NCBI GenBank assembly: GCA_965140415.1
Contig: OZ223209.1
Span: 4,288,001-4,352,000, forward strand
Source of the DNA: Myxococcota bacterium
GTDB lineage: Bacteria; Myxococcota_A; SURF-8
DNA length: 64,000 nucleotides
Reading direction: 5' to 3'
The notes below the pieces were generated by a model that saw only the letters and a program-made list of their open reading frames with translations, was not told the origin of the DNA and ran no database searches. Each line of letters begins with the position of its first letter. Position 1 is the first letter of the stretch. Shown here in pieces: positions 56,318 through 64,000 of this stretch. The position numbers were made by a program, and so were the translations under genes.

Positions 56318-59300
56318 ATGCTGAATCTTCGCCATCCATCCTTCTTGCTACGATGCATTTTCCCTATGCTGGCGGCACTAATGCTGTTGCAGCTATGCGG
56401 CTGTGCAACCGTCAAAGGCTGGCTTGCCGAACCGACGGTTTTAAAAAGCTTCACGGTGCAACCCGTCGACCAGCAGATGGGGCGCCCCACCGAACTAACC
56501 TCCTTTTCCAGTGACGAATTGTATGGCAGCCTGTCGCCCAATGGACGTTACCTGCTCTATTCCAGTAACCAGAAAGGCAGCCAGGACATCTGGTTGATGG
56601 ATCTGACCAGTGGACTGCCACGCCGCTTGACCGACCACAAGGCCACAGACACCATGCCCGCCTTCTCTCCCGATGGCGAACGCATTGTGTTTATCAGTAA
56701 ACGCGATGATGTAAAAGGCGATGTGTACCTGTTGGATCTGGACGACGATACGCCAAAGCGCTTGACAGATCGCGAGACAGCGGAACAGTCTCCCGTTTTC
56801 GCACCGGATGGAAAGCACCTTTACTTCGCCTCCGGCGCACCGGAACAAACGCGCATCGTCCGCTACCGTCTTTCCGATAGGTTTATCGAACCGCTTACCG
56901 AAACAAAGGCAACGCATCCTGCCATCAGCCCTGACGGTCGTTGGCTGGCCTACATTCGCTTAGGCGAAGACAAAATGAACCGGCTGTATCTGATGCAGCT
57001 ATCCGATCGCAAAGTGAAAAAGGTCTCTTTCTACAGCTACCAGGCCGGGTTTCCCTCTTTCTCTCCCGATTCGAAAGAACTGTATTTCGTTCGTTTCTAC
57101 TACGCTCCACCGCGTGCAACGCTTAATGGTGATGAAAATGGCGTAATCTGGCGGGTACCGGTTACCCATGCCTGGAAGAAAACCGGCGTTGCGCTGGAAC
57201 GTGGCATGGTACAGATTACATCCGGTCGTCAAACGCATCTGTTCGTTCAGGCACACAACTCCGGCCTGCTTTATACGACGCGCCGAAACGGGAACCTCGA
57301 TGTGTGGATGGAACCGTTGGATGGACTGCTGCCCTCTTTCGATTCTCCGCGCAAGCAGTTGGATTTCGCGTTGGAGCAGGAAAATTACTACGACCAGCTG
57401 TTTGCGCTTCGAGGTTTGCGTTCCTTTAAAAGCGGGGCGGAGCTACAGGAAGCCTTTTATCTGACATCCGAATTTTATCGGCGCAACGACTGGTTCCGTA
57501 AACAACGATCCAATCTGACGACACTTGATAAAATGCCCAAACCTTACGGAAATTGGCAAGGACTGGCACGTGTGGATCTAGCCGTTTGGGATGTAGAACA
57601 GACGGTTGGCAACGAGATTTCTACTGGTATTCGACTTAAACCGGAGCAGGTGGAAAAGGCGGAAACGCAGTTGGAAAAACTGCTTGTCAAGTATAACGAT
57701 GTTCCCACCGTTTCCGCTTATGCGACATTGCGCCTGGCCGACATTCAATCCATCAGTGGTAATTCTCTTTCGGCCATTGCTTCCTACCGCAGTGTTCTTC
57801 AGCAGTTTCCAGAGCAGCGCGAAAGAGGCATTCAAGCACGATTGGCTCTGGGAAAACTATTGGCCCAATTGCAGGAAACCGATGCATTGGTGGCTTATTA
57901 CCTTGATCTACTTCGCGAATATCGCGATTTCGACCGCTGGCGACGTCATGCCATCGAGATCATTCTTGCAGAACTCAAACGAAGCACCACACAACGATTT
58001 GCTCAAAGTGAAACAGCATCGAATCCATCTTCTATGGAAGTATTGCAAAAACAACGTGATCTCGCCCTTGTGGATCACCTGCGTAGCCTGATCGATGCCA
58101 ATCCCGATCTTCCACTTCTGGGTGCAATACTGCAACTACAGATCGGTCGTATCTATGAACGACTTGGCTTGCGCTCGCTGGCCTTGCAAGCGATGCAGCT
58201 TGTTGCCAAACGCTATCCCAAACAACACAAAGAAGCGACGCTTGCCACCTTCGCCCTTGGAGAGTTATCTCAACAGATCGCCGCAGAATTGCGCGAACAG
58301 GGGCGTTTTAACGAAGCTGGCGCCTACTACTCAGATGCACTCGACTACTACGAGAAGATCAGTCGCTTGTATCCACCAAACCATGAATACAGCCTGCGCG
58401 CTCGTCGCGAGTTTCTGTCGCTGTCGTTATCCAAAGCAGGCCAGCAACGTCGTAACGGGGATATCGAAGCCTCGAAAGCCGCTTACACGCGCATTCTCAA
58501 GTTCGACAACCACATCCTCCCCGCGCATCGCGCGTTGATCGATTTCGGCGTAGCGCAAGGGAATGCGGAACAACTTCGCAGCCAATACAAGCAGTTACTA
58601 AGAACCGATCCCGCCGATTTCGTTGGACACTATGCACTCGGTTATCTGGCGACCTTGCGCTCCGATCTTTTATTATCAGATCTGGATGACGCGGAAAAAC
58701 ATCTGAACAAAGCGTTGGGGTTGAACGCCGTCAATCCTTACATTTACCTCACCCTGGGCTGGATTGCAGAAATGCGCGAACTGGCTTTTGGCGACATCGT
58801 CTCCGGCTGGTTGGAAACGGCGATTGGACGATATCAACAAGCGTATCTATTAAACGATCGCAAACAGGATCTGGAAGCGGAAGCCTTTATTCTATTGAAT
58901 CTCGGCAATGGATTTTCCCGCCTTGGCAACACCTGGAATTACGCCTACGACTATTACAGTCAACGGCTGGCACTGAATCTGCCATTCCTAAAACCTACTC
59001 GAGAAGCGCTTTTTTATCTTAATTTCGGTCGCGCAGCGTTTCATGTCGAGCAGTACGACGAATCCACCCGCTATTTCGAACACGCGCTACAGTTGGTGCA
59101 AACCCTGGATCTGCCGCAATTCAAGGCCGAACTTGTGGCACGTTTGGCGCTTAACTACCAATTGCAAGGAAGTTATAAAACCAGTACGCAATACTTCTTG
59201 CGCTCGATTGAAACGCTTGAAGCACTTGGTCAATTCAATAAACTTGCTGCCCTCACGCGGTCGGTCGCACTGAATGAATACTACCAGGGTAACCGTGAAG

Positions 59301-62300
59301 CAGCCATGCAAAGGCTTCAGCAAAGTCTTTCCTATCTACACGAATACGGTACGCCATCCGTTGGAAAGTTCAGCCGCCTGGCACTGCATCCAGGCAAATC
59401 GCTTGCGCCTTTCGGTTTCAACCGTCGCCATGAAGAAGAAGTTTCTCGCTCTCTGCAAGCGATGATCTTCGCCGAGTTGCAGCAATTCGAATGCAGTGCG
59501 AAGGCGTTGCGAGAAAAGGCGGAACTGATGGACAGTCTGCTCGCCTCGCTCGAAACGCCGGAAGACGAGCAACTGCGCGAACGCGGCATTGTTTATGCTC
59601 AACAGGGATCGGCAGCCTGGAAAGCTGGATATGGACAGCAAGCCGTGCGCTTCTTCTCCCAATCCTTTCAGAGCATGGAGCGCATTGGAGCCTCGGCTGT
59701 TTCTGAGACTGATCCAACCCTTGTTAAAGCCAGGCAACTTGGCTTGGAGAACGATCTTTATATTGAAACGTCCAACACCTCACTACTAGCCGGATTCGAT
59801 GTCGTTCATTTTTCCGAGCAAATCACAAGCGCCTGCGCTGCGGCTGAAGTTGTCGCCAAGCAGTTGAACCAAAACGTCGTTGTGGAACCGGGAACGATTA
59901 TCGAGGTCACTTCCCGCCTGCAACGCTTGACTTCCAGGCTGCTGCTGAACTCTCAACCCGACTCCCCCCCTCCCATTGCTCTACCTCTGGTTTGGCGCTT
60001 AAGCAGCGACCTTGCGGCCTTATCCATGGCCTATGCGCATTCTGAAGAAATAGTTTTAGCGCAGCAGCAAAGTAAAGACACAGCCATCCTGCAAGGTCTG
60101 CGGTCCATCGAACGCTACACGCAGGGCATTTCCCTGTATAAGCGCCTCATCGCCTGGACGGCTCCTACTCAAGAAGAAGATACAATACCGGTAGCGCAGC
60201 ACACTCTTTCTCCTTATCTTTTAGCGCGCATACACGTTACGGCCTTGACTAATCTTGCCGAATTGGCGGCCATGCTGGAAGGTCCGGAAAGACGCGCAGA
60301 AGAAGACAGCTACTCTAGTCGATATCTGAATCAGGCGCTTCAAATCTGCTCGCAGCAACAGCTTAAGGACGTCTGCTGGCTGGGGCGTATGTTACAGGCA
60401 AAATGGAACGGAGACTCCGAACAGGCTTTTAGCACGTTGGAAGAATACGGCAAAGACGGTCCCGTTCTATTGGGTAAATTGTACTTGGAACGCGCGGATG
60501 AAGTCCGCCACCGTCTGTTTAATACTGCGCGTTCTTTCGCACTACAGGAAAAAGACTGGCACAGCTTGTGGACGCTTTCAGAACGCGAAAACCGCCGGAT
60601 GATCGTCGATGAAATGGCCAAACTCGGTTTCGATGTGGACTCTTTGGAACTTAAATCGGTGGTATCCAGTTTGCAGGCAACGGTTGCTGCTTATCGACAG
60701 GAGGTAGAGAGCCAATCTCTAGAGGATGACGAAAAGACACGCGCTCAACACGAACAGCAACTCGCGAAACTCCGGGAAAACGTCGCCAAGCATATGATCG
60801 AGTTGCAGAAAAAGGCACCAAGACTGCATCGCCTTCTGGTGGTGGAACCCTTCGACATTCTTTCGGTACAGCAGGCGCTACGACCCGGACAAACGCTTGT
60901 CACGATTCTTCCTCTCGATACCGGACTTACCTTACTGGCGCTTGACCAACAGAATCTTCGCGGCGAGCAGCTACCGCTTTTCCTGCCACAATTCAATAAA
61001 GATCTACAATCCTGGATCGAGCGTCCCGAAACCCCACCGGAGTCTCTGCAACATCTTGCCGAAAAGATACTGTCATTGGTTGGAGGTTCCGACTTGGTCT
61101 ACCTCGATGCCGACCGGCTGGGGGTGGATCTTCCGTTTGCCTCCCTGCTGTCATCAATGGGCAAAACTAATCTCCGCCTGCTGCGCGTCAGCAGCGCCTG
61201 GGGACTTCTGGAATCCTACCAAAACCGCAAGCTTGCACAGAATAAAGGCATCGCCACTCTTTCCAACCAATATTCCGGCGATGCAAAACAGGAACCTGCG
61301 CCTCTTGTTGCATCATTCAATCGACTGAACTACAATAACTCCTGGCAACGTATTTCCGGCGACGACTTGACCCTGCAACAGGCCATGCCGGAGTTGCAAC
61401 GCACCCAGATACTCGCACTGATGCAACCTGCTGTGTTTGAGGGTGGCTCGGCTGCGAACCTGTGGCTTCTCTTCAATACGCCAACACCGGGTATTGGACA
61501 CTACAGCTTCATTCATCATCTCGACGCCCGCTTCAACGCCCAGCTTGTGCTGTTCTTCGATCTGCGCCACTCCGGCCAAGCTCGCAAGGAACGTTTGTTT
61601 CTGGAAACCATATTAAACGCGGTCGGCGTTCCTTCTTTCCTGGTCGCTACCGACTCAACCAAACCGGATACCATCGTGCGCTTTTTCGATGCGACATTAC
61701 CAAACTGGGCGAGTGATTCCCGCGATCAAGTATATTGGAAAGCCATGGGGCAATTTGATCGAACTACACCCGACGACATCCAACTGTACGGCTATGCCGG
61801 TATGAATGAAGACGATACACGCTCCTACGCCAAAAACAATCTGGCCGCCACCATCCGTGATGCCGTTGCCTACCAGACGCGCGGGGCGGCTCGCACTGCC
61901 GTTGAAACCTACGAGCAGGCGCTGGCGATCATGGATTACCTTCAAGATTACACGTTTCTGGACAAGTTATTGCAACAACTTGTGACGCAGTGTAACGACA
62001 TACAAGACTGGTCCCGTCTGATACATTACCAGTCGCGTATTCTTGAAAGAGCGCAAAAAGCCTACGACGCCGATCCCAAGCAAGTGGTTCCATATCTCAA
62101 TGCCAAGAAATCATTAGCCGATGCTTACACAAAGGCAAAGCTTTATGATGAGGCATTGCTTCAGAACCAGGATATCCTGGATGTTCTGTTGCAGGCAAAA
62201 CGGCTCTCGCTTTGCGGTCCCTATTACGAGCAACGCGGATTCATTCTGGAATTCGCTAGGCGCTATGAAGAAGCTTTAACGGCCTACCGCCAGGCTTACG

Positions 62301-64000
62301 ACATCTATACAAAATCCAACAACCGTAAGGGCATACTCGCGCAGAGCAATCACATGGCACGTATTCTGCGGTTGCGCCTTAGTCGCTACAGCGAAGCGAA
62401 GCCCTACATCGAACGCGCCCTGAAACTGTCTACCGACTCCGAACCCTCCGATCGCTTGGGTTTACAGATGGAGTTGGCCAATTTGCAGCGTTTTACGGGT
62501 AACTATGCCAGCGCCGAAAGCATTGCACGCGAAGTCATTCGGGAATGTACGCAGTTGATCGCAAAAACCATGGAACAGGCTCGCGGCGTGGCGGCAAATA
62601 GCAGCCTTTCTACCGAAGACCGACGCTCCAGGTTAATGAACCTGAGAACAACGAAGCTTCGACTTGAGAAACTGCGTCGCGATGGCTACCTGGAAACCGT
62701 CAATTCCCTGTGGCGACAGGGTGGCTATGCCGAGGCACTGCGTATGCAACAGTTGGGAATGCAACTGGCGGAATCGGAACGGGACACCGCCAATCGCATC
62801 ATGCTCACCAATGCCAAAGGATTGATTTTCGCCAGTCTGGGCGATACCGATAACGCAATTGAAACCTTTAACCAAACACTGTCTTTGACCCAGCGTATCG
62901 GAAACTTTAGCGAACAAGCCACTGCCTACAACAATCTTGGCGACACCTATCGCCGCGCCGGTAAATTCGAAGCTGCCAAACGTTCTTTCCTGCAAGCCTT
63001 GGAAATCGACCGTCGTCAGAACTTCAAAACCGGGCTATCCTACGATTACGCCAACCTGGGCATCACTTACGAGCAAATGCAACGCAATGACGACGCCATC
63101 GAAACCCTGAACCAAACCTTGAAATTATCCCGGGAAATCCGGGAACCCATCAACGAGCTTAAGGCGTTGCTTTCATTGGGCCGCTTGTATCTCCGCCTGG
63201 ACAATCGCCCGTTAGCCAAGCAGGTGCTCCAGACCGGCCTGGAGAAATCCCAATCCTTGAATCTGGCAGACTGGAACTGGCGCTTCGACTATCACCTGGG
63301 ACGTCTTGCCGAATTAAGCGGTGATGCAAAAGCCGCCTTGACACGTTATCAACAGGGATTGCAACACACCGAATCCTTGCCTCCCATTCCGCGAACGAAC
63401 CAGCGTACGATAAAATTGGAGGAGCAACGTTGGGATCTTTACGATGCCGCGCTGGATCTGCTGGCGCGCCAACAGCGCGCGTCGGAAAGCTTTCATCTGG
63501 CCGAACGCTTTCGCGCTCGTAAATTTCTCGATCTGTTAGGCTCGGATTCCACGATTCTGCCTCAGACCCGAGCAAGCGAAATTCTGCATGAACTCGCACA
63601 AAATCGGCTGTTAGTAAAAGAATCCCAAGAAACGCTTCGTCATGCCAGCGATGAAGAACGTCCTGTCGCCACAACGCAGCACGAGCAACACCTACAGCAA
63701 CGCGATCAACTCTTGAACGAACTCGCCAAGCTGAATCCGGAATATCCTTCTTATGTGGAAGTGGACGCTCGTCCTTATGAGGAGCTGAAATCCTTCATTC
63801 CCGAAGATACCGCCGTTCTCGTTTATTATCACACGCCCGCACATCTGCTCATCTGGACCGCAACGACAGAGCAGCTTAGCTTGCAGGCAATCTCTCAACC
63901 ACGCGAAGAAACGACGGCGCTTATCCGGGCTTATCGCGAACGGATTGACGGTTTTCATCCCACCGACGATCTCGACCGGCTCTTGTACCAGTTGCTATTG
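56318..64000 (+). CDS. Giant lipoprotein (>2500 aa): TolB-like PD40 propeller + TPR arrays + CHAT-type region (runs off right edge)
   Basis: Spot translation from ATG 56318: lipobox LCGC, SLSPNGRYLLYSSN, PAFSPDGERIVFIS, TPRs (ATAYNNLGDTYRRAGKFEAA), CHAT lead-in PEYPSYV...IPEDTAVLVYY. The ORF track lists no closed ORF in this frame, consistent with it being open to the end. Confidence 0.85.
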   Translation, partial: MLNLRHPSFLLRCIFPMLAALMLLQLCGCATVKGWLAEPTVLKSFTVQPVDQQMGRPTELTSFSSDELYGSLSPNGRYLLYSSNQKGSQDIWLMDLTSGLPRRLTDHKATDTMPAFSPDGERIVFISKRDDVKGDVYLLDLDDDTPKRLTDRETAEQSPVFAPDGKHLYFASGAPEQTRIVRYRLSDRFIEPLTETKATHPAISPDGRWLAYIRLGEDKMNRLYLMQLSDRKVKKVSFYSYQAGFPSFSPDSKELYFVRFYYAPPRATLNGDENGVIWRVPVTHAWKKTGVALERGMVQITSGRQTHLFVQAHNSGLLYTTRRNGNLDVWMEPLDGLLPSFDSPRKQLDFALEQENYYDQLFALRGLRSFKSGAELQEAFYLTSEFYRRNDWFRKQRSNLTTLDKMPKPYGNWQGLARVDLAVWDVEQTVGNEISTGIRLKPEQVEKAETQLEKLLVKYNDVPTVSAYATLRLADIQSISGNSLSAIASYRSVLQQFPEQRERGIQARLALGKLLAQLQETDALVAYYLDLLREYRDFDRWRRHAIEIILAELKRSTTQRFAQSETASNPSSMEVLQKQRDLALVDHLRSLIDANPDLPLLGAILQLQIGRIYERLGLRSLALQAMQLVAKRYPKQHKEATLATFALGELSQQIAAELREQGRFNEAGAYYSDALDYYEKISRLYPPNHEYSLRARREFLSLSLSKAGQQRRNGDIEASKAAYTRILKFDNHILPAHRALIDFGVAQGNAEQLRSQYKQLLRTDPADFVGHYALGYLATLRSDLLLSDLDDAEKHLNKALGLNAVNPYIYLTLGWIAEMRELAFGDIVSGWLETAIGRYQQAYLLNDRKQDLEAEAFILLNLGNGFSRLGNTWNYAYDYYSQRLALNLPFLKPTREALFYLNFGRAAFHVEQYDESTRYFEHALQLVQTLDLPQFKAELVARLALNYQLQGSYKTSTQYFLRSIETLEALGQFNKLAALTRSVALNEYYQGNREAAMQRLQQSLSYLHEYGTPSVGKFSRLALHPGKSLAPFGFNRRHEEEVSRSLQAMIFAELQQFECSAKALREKAELMDSLLASLETPEDEQLRERGIVYAQQGSAAWKAGYGQQAVRFFSQSFQSMERIGASAVSETDPTLVKARQLGLENDLYIETSNTSLLAGFDVVHFSEQITSACAAAEVVAKQLNQNVVVEPGTIIEVTSRLQRLTSRLLLNSQPDSPPPIALPLVWRLSSDLAALSMAYAHSEEIVLAQQQSKDTAILQGLRSIERYTQGISLYKRLIAWTAPTQEEDTIPVAQHTLSPYLLARIHVTALTNLAELAAMLEGPERRAEEDSYSSRYLNQALQICSQQQLKDVCWLGRMLQAKWNGDSEQAFSTLEEYGKDGPVLLGKLYLERADEVRHRLFNTARSFALQEKDWHSLWTLSERENRRMIVDEMAKLGFDVDSLELKSVVSSLQATVAAYRQEVESQSLEDDEKTRAQHEQQLAKLRENVAKHMIELQKKAPRLHRLLVVEPFDILSVQQALRPGQTLVTILPLDTGLTLLALDQQNLRGEQLPLFLPQFNKDLQSWIERPETPPESLQHLAEKILSLVGGSDLVYLDADRLGVDLPFASLLSSMGKTNLRLLRVSSAWGLLESYQNRKLAQNKGIATLSNQYSGDAKQEPAPLVASFNRLNYNNSWQRISGDDLTLQQAMPELQRTQILALMQPAVFEGGSAANLWLLFNTPTPGIGHYSFIHHLDARFNAQLVLFFDLRHSGQARKERLFLETILNAVGVPSFLVATDSTKPDTIVRFFDATLPNWASDSRDQVYWKAMGQFDRTTPDDIQLYGYAGMNEDDTRSYAKNNLAATIRDAVAYQTRGAARTAVETYEQALAIMDYLQDYTFLDKLLQQLVTQCNDIQDWSRLIHYQSRILERAQKAYDADPKQVVPYLNAKKSLADAYTKAKLYDEALLQNQDILDVLLQAKRLSLCGPYYEQRGFILEFARRYEEALTAYRQAYDIYTKSNNRKGILAQSNHMARILRLRLSRYSEAKPYIERALKLSTDSEPSDRLGLQMELANLQRFTGNYASAESIAREVIRECTQLIAKTMEQARGVAANSSLSTEDRRSRLMNLRTTKLRLEKLRRDGYLETVNSLWRQGGYAEALRMQQLGMQLAESERDTANRIMLTNAKGLIFASLGDTDNAIETFNQTLSLTQRIGNFSEQATAYNNLGDTYRRAGKFEAAKRSFLQALEIDRRQNFKTGLSYDYANLGITYEQMQRNDDAIETLNQTLKLSREIREPINELKALLSLGRLYLRLDNRPLAKQVLQTGLEKSQSLNLADWNWRFDYHLGRLAELSGDAKAALTRYQQGLQHTESLPPIPRTNQRTIKLEEQRWDLYDAALDLLARQQRASESFHLAERFRARKFLDLLGSDSTILPQTRASEILHELAQNRLLVKESQETLRHASDEERPVATTQHEQHLQQRDQLLNELAKLNPEYPSYVEVDARPYEELKSFIPEDTAVLVYYHTPAHLLIWTATTEQLSLQAISQPREETTALIRAYRERIDGFHPTDDLDRLLYQLLL

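Noticed and set aside
1-64000. CRISPR array or other long repeat-spacer array
   Set aside because: No regularly spaced 25-45 bp repeats found by eye in any intergenic region, and no cas genes. A subtle degenerate array could have been missed without computation.

Overview
Bacterial chromosomal window, probably from a deltaproteobacterial/Myxococcota-like organism (recA-pilT-recX-alaS order, many acidic lipoproteins); this taxonomy is an inference. The main feature is a ~16.4 kb genomic island integrated in tRNA-Pro(CGG), bounded by a 51-bp direct repeat (4546-4596 / 20976-21026). It carries a tyrosine integrase, an XRE repressor and an excisionase-like gene separated by back-to-back sigma70 promoters. 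Translationally coupled to the excisionase-like gene is an intact group II intron-type reverse transcriptase with no detectable intron RNA around it. The island also holds a thermonuclease, a sigma-like protein and a Type I restriction-modification operon with an HNH ABC-three-component (Lamassu-like) cassette between hsdS and hsdR. Left of the island, a truncated homologous integrase marks an older tandem insertion next to a TonB-receptor/ECF metal-uptake-like operon. The rest is mostly core or accessory chromosome: lipA, cyclase and HD-GYP signalling genes, a TetR-linked aminotransferase-aldolase-kinase operon, phoH2, alaS/recX/pilT/recA/cinA, secreted lipoproteins and a membrane-anchored GspE-like ATPase. 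It ends with an AsmA-like / DUF1318 / giant PD40-TPR-CHAT-type gene cluster that runs off the right end.
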